Part shown: one piece after another, positions 17,749 to 27,708 of the stretch | Layout: every line of letters starts with the position of its first letter | Numbering within the stretch: the first letter of the stretch is position 1 | Made by a program: the position numbers and the translations under genes | Assembly (NCBI GenBank): GCA_963812015.1 | Contig: CAWETI010000002.1 | Coordinates: forward strand, 1,600,001-1,664,000 | Direction: 5' to 3' | Source: an uncultured delta proteobacterium | GTDB lineage: Bacteria; Desulfobacterota; Desulfobaccia; Desulfobaccales; 0-14-0-80-60-11 | DNA length: 64,000 nt | The notes under the pieces: model-generated | What the model was told of the DNA's origin: nothing | The model's database searches: none | The model's input: only the letters and a program-made list of their open reading frames with translations

Positions 17749-20700
17749 GTGACAACGACATTATCCACATCTGTTGAAATCCAGCTTACGACCTATGCCC
17801 AAGAAGTAACGGCCAAGTTTGCCCTCCCCATAGATTTTAACCCTGAGGACCAGCTTAAAACTCCTACCGATACTCTCTTCAAAGGTATCGGTGCTGCGCT
17901 GGATCTTGAAGTCAAGGTGGTGACGGAGGTGCAGACCGATCAACTCGGCCGCCCCGACATGGGTATCGCCGTCAAAGGACTTCTGGCAGGTCACGTGGAG
18001 TTAAAAGCACCCGGCAAAGGCGCTGACCCTGATAAGTTAAAGGGAGATGACAAGAGGCAATGGGAGCGGTTCAAGAACCTTCCTAACCTGATCTACACCG
18101 ACGGCAATGAGTGGGCCTTATACCGCAGTGGCGAGAGGGTAGGCAAAATTGTAAGGCTCTCCGGCGATGTAACCTCCGAAGGCCATGCGGCTATCGGCCT
18201 GGGCGACGCAGAGGCCATCATTGAGATGATGCAAGACTTTCTCCGCTGGGAGCCTATTGTCCCTGCGTCGCCTACAGCGCTGGCCAAGATGCTGGCCCCC
18301 CTCTGCCACCTGCTGCGCGCCGATGTTCTGACCGCCCTCCAAAATCGGGAGTCAAATCTTTCTCTCCTGGCCGCGGATTGGCGCAAGTACCTCTTTCCTG
18401 ACGCCGACGACTTTCAATTCGCCGACGCCTATGCCCAGACGCTCACCTACGCATTGCTCCTGGCTCGCCTCTCCGGCCCGGGCGAGGGCCTCTCCATCAC
18501 CCAAGCCGCGGCCGCGATCCGTACCGGCCATCGCCTGTTGGCCGACGCCCTCGGCATCCTGGGCGACCCCAAGGCCCGGGAAGAAATTGAGACCCCGGTG
18601 TCGGTGCTGGAACGGGTTATCGGCGCGGTAGACCCCGTGGCTCTCACCCGCAAGGCCAAAGGCGACCCCTGGCTCTATTTCTATGAGGACTTCCTGGCCG
18701 CGTATGACCCGAAAATGCGCAAGGACCGGGGAGTGTACTACACCCCGGTGGAGGTGGTCCAGGCCCAGGTGCGCCTGGTGGCCCAGTTGCTGGAGGGGCG
18801 CTTTGACGCCGACTTTTCCTTTGTGAACGAGAAGGTCATCACCCTGGACCCCGGCGCCGGCACCGGCACTTATATCCTCGCCGCCCTGCAACATGGCCTG
18901 CACCAGGTTGAGCAGGAAAAAGGCCCCGGCATGCGAGCTGTTTTTGCCGGCCAGGCCGCCAAAAATCTCCACGCCTTCGAGCTCTTGGTGGGCCCCTATG
19001 CCGTGGCCCATCTGCGGCTCACCCAGCAAATCCTGGCCGAGGGGGGCCAGATGCCGGCGGACGGCGTCCACGTCTATCTCACGGACACTCTGGAATCCCC
19101 CCACCAGCCGCCGCCCGCGTATCCGATGCTCTATAAGGAATTGGGAGAGGAATACAAACGGGCCCAGCGGGTCAAGGCCGACGTTCCGGTTCTGGTCGTT
19201 CTTGGCAATCCGCCCTACGACCGCCAGCAGATCGAGGCGGCGGAGGCGGGGATGGTGCGGCGCAAGGGCGGCTGGGTGCGCTACGGCGAAGGCGGGAAAG
19301 AAGGCGAGAGCATTTTCAAGAGCTTCCTCAAACCCTTGGAGGCCCTTGGCTGGGGGGTGCACGCCAAGAACCTTTACAATGATTACGTCTATTTCTGGCG
19401 CTGGGCCTTGTGGAAGGTCTTTGAGAATAAGGGCGGCCCCGGAATCGTCAGCTTCATCACCGCCTCCTCCTACCTCCGGGGGCCAGGCTTCGCCGGTATG
19501 CGCCGGGTGATGCGGGAGACCTTTGACGAATTATGGATCATAGACCTCGAGGGCGGCCAGGGGGCGCGGCAAAGCGAAAACGTCTTCGCCATCCAGACCC
19601 CCGTTGCCATCGCCGTGGGTGTGCGCTATGGCGAGCCCCAGCCGGAAACCCCGGCTGCGGTGTACTACACCCGCCTCAGTGGCACGGAGAAGGAAAAGCT
19701 CAAGACCTTGGAGCAGGTGACTTGCTTTGCAGACCTGCCCTGGCGGCCTTGCCTTTCCGGCTGGATCGACCTTTTCCTGCCCACCAGCGACAAGCCCTAC
19801 TGGAATTGGCCGATACTGACCGACCTCTTTCCCTGGCAGGAAAACGGCGTTCAGTTCAAGCGCAACTGGCCTATTGGCGAGACTCCAGAAGTTCTACGAG
19901 GGCGCTGGAACGCGTTTTTAAAAGAACCTCCCGAAAAGAGAGGTGTATTATTGCGCGAAACCGGGGCCCGCAACACTGCGAAAGCCTTTACTGACCCCAT
20001 GACGGGAAAGCAATTATCCTCGTTGAGCAAACTGAAACTTGGAGACCCTGTGGTGGAGCCGGTTCGATACGCCTACCGAAGTTTTGACAGGCATTGGGCT
20101 TTGCTGGACATTCGCCTCTGCGACCGCCCCAGACCGAACCTGTTGAAAGCTCACAGCAACCACCAGGTCTACCTTACCAGCCTACTCACCGAGGTTTTGG
20201 GCGACGGGCCGGCAGCTGTAGCAACAGCACATATACCGGATTTGCACCATTTTCGAGGTTCATTCGGCGGCGCCCATGTCATTCCCCTCTGGCGGGACGC
20301 TGGGGCCACGGAGCCCAATCTCACCGCCGGAGTGCCGGAGGCCATGGCCCAGGCTTACGGCCGGGCCGTCTCGGCGGAAGACCTTTTCGCTTATTGCTAT
20401 GCAGTCCTGGCTTCGCCGGACTACATGCGCCGCTTCTGGGACGAACTGACCATCCCCGGCCCTCGCCTCCCCCTTACCCGGGACGCGGCCTTGTTCGCCC
20501 GCACCGCTGACCTGGGCCGCCGCTTGCTGTGGCTGCACACCTATGGCGACCGCTTCGTGCCACCGGGACACAAGCCCGGCAGAATTTCTCCGGGAACAGC
20601 GAAGTGCCTGAAAGGGACTCCAGCCGTCCCTGAGAAGTATCCCGAATACTCTTCCTATGATCTGGCCGGGCAGCAGTTGCATGTGGGGGAGGGTGTTTTT

Positions 20701-21036
20701 GGCCCGGTGAGCCAAGAGGTGTGGAAATTCAGCCTCTCCGGCTTCCAGGTGGTCCAGCATTGGTTGGCTTCCCGGATGAGAAAAGGGGCTGGCAAAAAGT
20801 CTTCTCCCCTGGATAAGATTCGGCCTGCTGCCTGGCACTTCGACGAGGAACTGCTGGACCTATTGTGGGTATTGGAACACACCGTGGACCTGTGGCCCTC
20901 TTTGGCCCAAATCCTCAATGACATTTTAGCCAGCGATCTGTTCACCGCCCAAGAATTCCCCGGGCCCAAGCCCGAAGAACGGGCGGCCAAAGGACATCTG
21001 CCGCTCCTGAGCGCCATTGCTTCAGATGAAACCTAA
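17749..21036 (+). CDS. Single-chain restriction-modification enzyme (Type IIG/IIL-like: nuclease + N6-adenine MTase + Type ISP-like C-terminal specificity region)
   Basis: N-terminal RPD...ELK, GVYYTP, LDPGAGTG (motif I), GNPPY (motif IV), YAYRSFDR and PRLP in the C-terminal region; no helicase motifs seen. Confidence 0.85.
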   Translation: MTTTLSTSVEIQLTTYAQEVTAKFALPIDFNPEDQLKTPTDTLFKGIGAALDLEVKVVTEVQTDQLGRPDMGIAVKGLLAGHVELKAPGKGADPDKLKGDDKRQWERFKNLPNLIYTDGNEWALYRSGERVGKIVRLSGDVTSEGHAAIGLGDAEAIIEMMQDFLRWEPIVPASPTALAKMLAPLCHLLRADVLTALQNRESNLSLLAADWRKYLFPDADDFQFADAYAQTLTYALLLARLSGPGEGLSITQAAAAIRTGHRLLADALGILGDPKAREEIETPVSVLERVIGAVDPVALTRKAKGDPWLYFYEDFLAAYDPKMRKDRGVYYTPVEVVQAQVRLVAQLLEGRFDADFSFVNEKVITLDPGAGTGTYILAALQHGLHQVEQEKGPGMRAVFAGQAAKNLHAFELLVGPYAVAHLRLTQQILAEGGQMPADGVHVYLTDTLESPHQPPPAYPMLYKELGEEYKRAQRVKADVPVLVVLGNPPYDRQQIEAAEAGMVRRKGGWVRYGEGGKEGESIFKSFLKPLEALGWGVHAKNLYNDYVYFWRWALWKVFENKGGPGIVSFITASSYLRGPGFAGMRRVMRETFDELWIIDLEGGQGARQSENVFAIQTPVAIAVGVRYGEPQPETPAAVYYTRLSGTEKEKLKTLEQVTCFADLPWRPCLSGWIDLFLPTSDKPYWNWPILTDLFPWQENGVQFKRNWPIGETPEVLRGRWNAFLKEPPEKRGVLLRETGARNTAKAFTDPMTGKQLSSLSKLKLGDPVVEPVRYAYRSFDRHWALLDIRLCDRPRPNLLKAHSNHQVYLTSLLTEVLGDGPAAVATAHIPDLHHFRGSFGGAHVIPLWRDAGATEPNLTAGVPEAMAQAYGRAVSAEDLFAYCYAVLASPDYMRRFWDELTIPGPRLPLTRDAALFARTADLGRRLLWLHTYGDRFVPPGHKPGRISPGTAKCLKGTPAVPEKYPEYSSYDLAGQQLHVGEGVFGPVSQEVWKFSLSGFQVVQHWLASRMRKGAGKKSSPLDKIRPAAWHFDEELLDLLWVLEHTVDLWPSLAQILNDILASDLFTAQEFPGPKPEERAAKGHLPLLSAIASDET

Positions 21037-21280
21037 GTACATGAGAATGATGGATGGCAACAGGCTCATAAACGAGTCGGCCTACTGGCAGAACATCCCG
21101 GCCAGGGTGTGGGGCTACTGCATCGGCGGCTATCAAGTGATCAAAAAGTGGCTCAGCTACCGGGAACGCAATCTCCTGGGCCAGCCCCTTATCCGTGAAG
21201 AAGCCCGGGAATTCACAGGCATGGGGCGGCGCTTGGCTGCCATTGTCCTGATAGAGCTGGCCTTGAATATAAGCTACTGA
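21017..21280 (+). pseudogene. Orphan C-terminal fragment of a second Type ISP/IIL specificity domain
   Basis: NIPARVWGYCIGGYQVIKKWLSYR is paralogous to PVSQEVWKFSLSGFQVVQHWLASR in the upstream gene. Confidence 0.7.
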
Positions 21281-21619
21281 TGATTAAGGAATCGGGCTCT
21301 CAATGGTCAAACTTCAAGAAAGAATGATTATTGCCGATCTATATGAATCAGATGGCGCGGTTCTTTTCCAACCATAGTGTCATCAGAAAAAAAATGGAAA
21401 AAAACATAAATTCGTGATATTAAGAATTCCTTAAGGGGAAATATAGGCAAAAATGCCTATTGAAAAACCAATCTTAAGTCCATAATTATTTATCAAGATC
21501 CCTTGAGAAGGGGCGAAGAGGGACCTCTGCCTGGCGTGCAGAATTGAACCTCGCATTTTGACTCTTCGTGTTGCAGGGAACCTCAAAGAGTCTCCACAAA
21601 AATGAAAGGGGCGGCGAGG

Positions 21620-21847
21620 ATGGCGAGAGTGAGAGAATCGCGTGTTTACGAACTTGAGGTGAAAGGAAGAGGGATTGTCCCTGAGTCAAATCACTTAACC
21701 CAGATGATCAAAGAGATTGAGTCCGATCGGTTCATGGCCTGGGGTAAGGATTTTTTCCACAAACGAACTTTCTTTAAAAAGTATCTTACTGGCGTCGACA
21801 AATACAGTCTCACGGCCACAGACCCGTGGGCGCTCACCAAAGGCTGA
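21620..21847 (+). CDS. Small hypothetical protein (75 aa)
   Basis: ORF with a purine-rich RBS region, followed by a strong hairpin; first gene of the AT-rich module. Confidence 0.6.
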   Translation: MARVRESRVYELEVKGRGIVPESNHLTQMIKEIESDRFMAWGKDFFHKRTFFKKYLTGVDKYSLTATDPWALTKG

Positions 21848-21890
21848 ATAAGTTTTTGCGACCTGCTATCGTATCTCCCTAATTCCAGGG

Positions 21891-21927
21891 AAAAAGAACA
21901 GGAACCATGGGGTTCCTTTTCTTTTTT
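21891..21927 (+). terminator. Terminator/stabilising hairpin between the small ORF and the large gene
   Basis: AAAAAGAAC-AGGAACC-ATGG-GGTTCCT-TTTCTTTTTT. Confidence 0.7.
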
Positions 21928-21940
21928 AGGGTGCTAAAGA

Positions 21941-24245
21941 ATGCAGCAAAAAATTGGCAAAGAGGGAATTAAGGTTACCTTTATTCAAACCCTGCCAGGG
22001 ATGGAGATCCAGGTGGCTCACCAGCTGGTACAGGCTTGCCGGGCCGCGGGGGTCAATCGTTATGCCTTTTTCAAGGCCCTTGGGGGATGTGACATTATTA
22101 TGGTCTATCCCTCAAACTACTTCGGCTTTCAGCTCACTAAGTATGGAATTATCTCCGGCATTTTGAAATACAACACCTTTCTATGTTTTCCTTACCGCTG
22201 GACCGATTCCCCAGATAGGCCAACTGATGCCATAAAGTTTCTGAACCAATCTACATTCGCTGGCTTCAGCCTCTTGAAAATGAATTCTGAAGGGGAGACC
22301 AGTTTCCAAAATATTGAAGAACACTTCTTTTCTTTTTTAAATCGCAGACACCCGATAGATTCTCTTACCTTGGGTACCTTAGGGTGGAACGAACTCGTCC
22401 TTATATTAACCGAGGAAAGCCTGGGGCAGATCATAGAGGACCTCATCAGGTTGAGCTATGAGGCGTCTCTCAATCCTGAGACCTCTTATCCCTTGATCAA
22501 GACTTTTTCTTACTTGGCCATTAACTATGATCAGCTTTTTGGACATGGATGGAGCGCCAAAATAGCTAAAATGGTAAGCCCCAAAGAATTCGAGGACTTT
22601 TTCAAAAAATCTCTAAAAGAGCAAAAGTTTGGCGAATTGATTCGTGAGGAATCAGAGGCCCACGCTATGCATCACCACCCCCCCCGGTCAGCCACACCAA
22701 ACTATAAAGGATTACTGGCGAAATAAAAAATTTCAGTGTTTAGATACCTTAGGGGAGCAAGATATCCAGGTTATCCCTCCTCAACGATATAGAAAGTCGT
22801 GGGGAGATTTTCTGTCCGATATTCTCATCTTTCGGTGGAAATTCCGCAATCTTATTCACTCGACCAGCACCATGTTGAACTATGAACTGGGTGATTACGC
22901 CAAACTTTCAGGAAAAACTGGACTGAAATCCGCTCTTGGCCACCGGTTGGACCTGGAAATTTTCTCCAGATCTGATTACCCATACGAGGACTTGGAAATA
23001 TTTTTTGGGGAAAAGGCTGCCCCAATGCTGGCGGCCCAACTCTTCGCCCTTAATAGCATGAGTCAAAACCCAACGAGCGGTCAAGTATTTCGGGATATGC
23101 GCTACTACCCCAAGATAATTATGAATAGAGGATACAAGCGCTATAATAAATTCAATGCTCCGGATGAACTCATGGCCTTCAAATTTGCCGAGGCGTTAAG
23201 TCATGGGTTGGAACTGCGATCTTATGGAACTTACGGCCATGTGGAAAAACCATATGGCCGGATTGCTAAGCTCAAGGGAGGGGTACAAAGGGCTCTCTTG
23301 GCAATGGAATACCTGCCTTCCAGAATTTTAGATCGGGCCTGTCCCCAACCCTGGTTCGGTTTCATCAATGCCTATGAAGACCCAAAGTTTGCCCAAATAC
23401 AAGAAGTTATTTATGTCCCCCTCGAAGCTCTCTGGACACCCGAGAACTGGTGGGCGCTGTTTCATGAGGTCGCGCATATAATCGTTGACCGGAGTCCTAA
23501 ACTATTATCTGAAACCGATCAGGTGATCCAGAATTTTCTGACTTATAAAGAGAATTACGGCGCTTGGATGAGGTTTTTTAATGAACTGGCGGCGGAGGTC
23601 ATCGGTTTTGAGTTGGGGTTTTTCGGGGATTTGGATCTGTTCATTAAGACGCTCTGGCCATATTTGAAAAAAATTGAATTGACCCTTGGGGACTATTCAA
23701 GCCTGGAAGTCTATTTGTTCCGCACCTTTTGTGTAGAAATCTGGCACAAATGTTTTGGGGCGGTAATGGAAAGACAGGGAAGCCCAAAGGTCACCATTGA
23801 TAATTACCGCGATGATGACTTTTTATATAAAAGTCTCATAAATCATATTAGAAAGGTGGAAGGCCTTATCGGCAAATTAGAAAAGAGAAATCTTGCCATT
23901 GCGAGTTTCATGGGTATTTTCAAAGAAATATTTCCGTTTATCAAAGACTTGTATAGCAAAATTAAAGATATAGAAGAAAACCAGCAGGTAAAAATATTTC
24001 ACCAGAAAGCATGGGTTGAAGATAATAATGTAAAAAATATTACCAATCATTTATTAGAAGGCAAGGTTTACTGGGGTAAGATCGAATATCCAGAAGCTGT
24101 TTTATACAATATCTTAAAGCAAAAAATGAAAATAAGGTCTAAGGAAAAGAAATTTCCTTTTGTCATGGCCATTATCCTTACCTTTTGGAACGCTCAGTTA
24201 AAATGGTTAAAAACTATGCCTCCCACTCACTTTAGAGCTCTCTAA
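21941..24245 (+). pseudogene. Probable single ~767 aa protein split by a +1 frameshift (ORFs 21941-22726 and 22644-24245): tandem ferredoxin-like repeats plus HExxH domain
   Basis: ORFs overlap by 83 nt; the repeat pattern I.T.PG...LG..D/E continues across the junction; WWALFHEVAH...ELAAE in the distal part. Confidence 0.6.
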
Positions 24246-24263
24246 GGACTTCTTTTCATTCCG

Positions 24264-25454
24264 ATGGAAGAAAAACCTCCCATACTAAAACTGATTCAAC
24301 TCTTAATTGATTCTCCGGTTCAGGTTCTCCCTCCGGAACACCAGGCCAAGTTTTCTGGCAAATTGAGTTCATATGCGCATAAATCTTCAGAGGCAGAAAA
24401 ACTTAGGCTCATCACTGAAATGATGGAGTTGTTGTGGCGCGAAGGAAATAGTGCCCAACTTCTCAAATATTTTGCCAATTTTGAGCGTTTTCTACGAGCT
24501 GTTGGTAAGAGAGATCACTTCATTCATCAATTTGAGGTATATCTTTTAGGCTGGTTTATTATCCATGCCTTGGAAATTAGGGGATATCACATCGGGGAAT
24601 TCACGTCCTTGAGTTCTGAGCTTTTCCTTCAAACCTGGCTGATGACCGCAATGGGGCACGATTTGGGCCTGCCGTTACAAGAAGAACCGGCAATCATAAA
24701 GGTTCTTAAGGAACTCCACGAAAGTGTGGGGACCCGCACTATTGCGGGGAATTACGCTAAATTGGAAGCGAAACTTTCCCATATAGGAAGTAAGGGGAGG
24801 CAGATCCTGATGAAGGATCTCCTTAGTGGTGAAGGTTCTAAAATTGCTCATCAAATTAGAGCTGGAATTAAGATAACCACTGGTTTCAGCTTAACGCAAA
24901 CAAGGGCCGTGTGGAACGCGCTGGTGAAATCTGGGAAAAACCATGGACTTATCAGCGCTATAATCCTGGGTCGAGACCTTTCCGGCTTTTTTGTCCCCGG
25001 CGGTGATTTCCAAGGGGCAGAAGCTGCTGATGATCCGGAGCTAAAACGTTTCCGGTTACTGCTCTCAGCTATTGCTCTTCACCATCTTAAAGAGGAAGGG
25101 GACTCTGAACACGTGGTGAAAAATATAAGGTTCACCGCAAATCCTTTTGCTTATCTTCTTTATATTGCAGACAATCTTCAGGAGTGGGGCCGGGATATTG
25201 GGGGCTGGGCAAATGTCCCCGAAACCACTTTGACTGATTTTGAATTCAATGATCCCAAATTAACTCTGACTTTCACGCTTTCTCACGATGACTGGGGAAT
25301 AGGTGACGCTGAAAAGAATGTTTTGGCAGAAATTCGCAAGGCTGATCACCGTCTAAAATGGCCACAAAGACCCTACAAAGGCTTATCCATTGAGGCTATA
25401 TATAATAGTAATAGCAAGATAATCAATGCCGAGAAAATTACTGTGGAAATTTAG
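24264..25454 (+). CDS. HD-superfamily metal-dependent phosphohydrolase
   Basis: RDHFIH, AMGHDLG, NHGLISA, AIALHH and ADNLQEWGR provide the H..HD..H..H..D ligand set. Confidence 0.7.
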   Translation: MEEKPPILKLIQLLIDSPVQVLPPEHQAKFSGKLSSYAHKSSEAEKLRLITEMMELLWREGNSAQLLKYFANFERFLRAVGKRDHFIHQFEVYLLGWFIIHALEIRGYHIGEFTSLSSELFLQTWLMTAMGHDLGLPLQEEPAIIKVLKELHESVGTRTIAGNYAKLEAKLSHIGSKGRQILMKDLLSGEGSKIAHQIRAGIKITTGFSLTQTRAVWNALVKSGKNHGLISAIILGRDLSGFFVPGGDFQGAEAADDPELKRFRLLLSAIALHHLKEEGDSEHVVKNIRFTANPFAYLLYIADNLQEWGRDIGGWANVPETTLTDFEFNDPKLTLTFTLSHDDWGIGDAEKNVLAEIRKADHRLKWPQRPYKGLSIEAIYNSNSKIINAEKITVEI

Positions 25455-26233
25455 TTCCAGCCTGATTTTTAATTCCCCAAATAACCTTGCCGAGCTATCT
25501 TCACGCCGGGAATTACCGCTCCTTTTGGCCATCGTAAGTTGGCTTTCCTGGTCCGGCAGGTATGGCCACTTCTCGTTGAATTTTCTCTCTAAGAGTTTCA
25601 AAGCCAGGACCCAATATCCTGGTATTATCTCCCCAAAACCCACATTTATACCTCACAGGTCGAAACGTGTACTTGCGGCAGAAAGCGTGTCACGCTTTTT
25701 TAGAGGCTATACAAGGGTTGGGGCATGACCATAATCCGGCCGGGTTCAAGTGGCCCCACGGACGCGGTTACGATCTCCGGAACAAAGGGATTTTTCCTCT
25801 AAAATTTTTGCCATGGGTCCCATAACAGGGGGGTTGCTTCTATTTTTCCGGGCCCGAAATTTTGAAAAATTCCCGTGCGAAGCATGCTGACCGGGGGGGC
25901 GTAGGAGTCCCACCGCGGGTTTGCGTTCCTGGGCCGAAAATCTTTTAGACTATCGGTGGCGCAGGTGGCGGGACCGTGGTGAGCGGGTGACCATTGGTGG
26001 ACACCAGGGCGCCAGAGACAAGGCCGTCAGGCATGGGCCGGCCATGTGCTAGAACTTCCCATATCCAGACCATATCTGCAATTGTGAAGGCTTTGGGGAT
26101 AAGTGCTCAGTTTGGCAAGTTATCCGCTACCCGAACTTGCATTCTCCCATGAGTTGACTGCTACTAAAAATTTTGTGATCAGAACTTTTTTGGCTCAGGT
26201 TGCAGGCCTGTCTCATAACCTCTGTAAATTTAT

Positions 26234-26250
26234 TTGCAACTCAGTTGTTT
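26234..26250. promoter_or_regulatory. Candidate Zur operator
   Basis: TTGCAAC-TCA-GTTGTTT imperfect palindrome just upstream of the Fur-family gene; related site at 26706-26722. Confidence 0.45.
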
Positions 26251-26262
26251 TTCGATTATTTT

Positions 26263-26700
26263 ATGGGCATGGGTGATCATTGCGATTTTTTCCAATGGCT
26301 GACACGGGAAGGGGTAAGGCCCACCACGATCCGCTTGACCATACTGGAGATCCTGGGCGACTCTTCCCGGGCCCTACGAGCCCAGGAGATCATTGAGGGC
26401 ATCCGTTCCCGCCGCCGGGTCAACAAAGTGACGGTGTATCGCATTCTTGAGGACTTTACGCAGCGAGGCATGGTGCGCCGCCTCTCCCTGGAGGGCCGGG
26501 TGTCCCACTATGAGCTGGCCTGTGAGCACCGCCCGCCCCATCCCCATTTTCAGTGCCACACCTGTCGGGAGGTCCAATGCCTGGACCCGGTGTTCCTGAC
26601 CCGCGTGTGGACCGAACTTCAGGGGCCTGTGGGGAACCGGGCTGACCACATCGACATTCGAGTGGAGGGCCTCTGCCACAAGTGCCGGGAGGATAGCTGA
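26263..26700 (+). CDS. Fur-family regulator, probably Zur
   Basis: VTVYRIL, HPHFQCHTC and C-terminal GLCHKC; directly upstream of Zn ABC genes; start may be 26269. Confidence 0.85.
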   Translation: MGMGDHCDFFQWLTREGVRPTTIRLTILEILGDSSRALRAQEIIEGIRSRRRVNKVTVYRILEDFTQRGMVRRLSLEGRVSHYELACEHRPPHPHFQCHTCREVQCLDPVFLTRVWTELQGPVGNRADHIDIRVEGLCHKCREDS

Positions 26701-26705
26701 AATGA

Positions 26706-26722
26706 AAGAAACCCGGTTGCAC
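26706..26722. promoter_or_regulatory. Candidate Zur operator
   Basis: AAGAAAC-CCG-GTTGCAC upstream of the Zn ABC operon. Confidence 0.4.
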
Positions 26723-26782
26723 CTAAAATCCTGGCGGTGATCGATAGAGGTCAGATGTCGCTCCTTGCGGGAGTCCATGCCG

Positions 26783-26968
26783 ATGAACAACAATCCTAGT
26801 TCCCTTGATAAGAGTGAGCCTTTGGAAAAAAATCTGCCGGAATGCCCGAAGCTTGGGCAGATTCTTGCGTCTCCGCTCGGCTGGAGCATCAAAGGCCGCC
26901 TGATGTGCGCCGCGGCAGCCATCGCCCTGCTTTGGTTGTCGGTGGCCTGGGCCATCGGCTGGCTATGA
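26783..26968 (+). CDS. Small membrane protein coupled to the ABC ATPase (start uncertain)
   Basis: C-terminal RL..AAAAIALLWLSVAWA helix; stop overlaps the next ATG (ATGA). Confidence 0.5.
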   Translation: MNNNPSSLDKSEPLEKNLPECPKLGQILASPLGWSIKGRLMCAAAAIALLWLSVAWAIGWL

Positions 26969-27708
26969 TGGATGCTATTGTTCTGCACGACCTGACCCTG
27001 GGCTATGACGGGCATCCTGCCGTCCACCACCTCTCCGGCGTCTTTGAGGCGGGATCGATGACCGCGGTGGTGGGGCCGAACGGTTCGGGCAAGAGCACCT
27101 TGTTGAAAGGACTTACCGGCATCCTACACCCGCTGGGCGGCCGTATCGAGCTGGGCAGCTTAAAGACTTCCCAGATCGCTTACCTGCCCCAGCAGGCGGA
27201 AATTGACCGGAGTTTCCCGATCACGGTTCTGGATACCGTGGCCCTGGGGCTCTGGCATGCCGTGGGCATGTTCGGCGGCATGAAGACCGAGCACTGGCAG
27301 CAAACCAGGCAAGCCCTGGCGTCGGTGGGTCTGGAAGGTTTTGAGCAGCGAACTATCGGCAATCTGTCGGCCGGACAGTTCCAACGGGTTCTGTTCGCCC
27401 GTCTGCTGCTCCAAGACTGTCCCGTCATTCTTCTCGATGAACCCTTCACCGCCATCGACACGCGGACCACGGCCGATCTCCTGGACGTGGTCCAGAACTG
27501 GCACGCCGAGAACCGCACGATCATCGCGGTGCTTCATAACTTCGATCAAGTGCGGTCCCACTTCCCCAAAACCCTGATGATCGCCCGTGAACCCATCGGC
27601 TGGGGCGATACGGCTGAGGTTCTCACTTCCGAGAATTTACAGTGCGCCCGCCAGATGTCCGAGGCTTGGGACGAGTCGGCGGAGGTGTGCTTTAGAAGCG
27701 AGACATGA
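26965..27708 (+). CDS. Zn/Mn ABC transporter ATPase (ZnuC/AztA-like)
   Basis: GPNGSGKS, AYLPQ, LSAGQFQR, LLDEPF. Confidence 0.9.
   Translation: MMDAIVLHDLTLGYDGHPAVHHLSGVFEAGSMTAVVGPNGSGKSTLLKGLTGILHPLGGRIELGSLKTSQIAYLPQQAEIDRSFPITVLDTVALGLWHAVGMFGGMKTEHWQQTRQALASVGLEGFEQRTIGNLSAGQFQRVLFARLLLQDCPVILLDEPFTAIDTRTTADLLDVVQNWHAENRTIIAVLHNFDQVRSHFPKTLMIAREPIGWGDTAEVLTSENLQCARQMSEAWDESAEVCFRSET

Noticed and set aside
21496..21847. Possible retron msr-msd
   Set aside because: No reverse transcriptase motifs in any nearby ORF
25426..25728. 100 aa ORF after the HD gene
   Set aside because: No RBS or motif, overlaps the HD gene end; not supportable as a fourth gene
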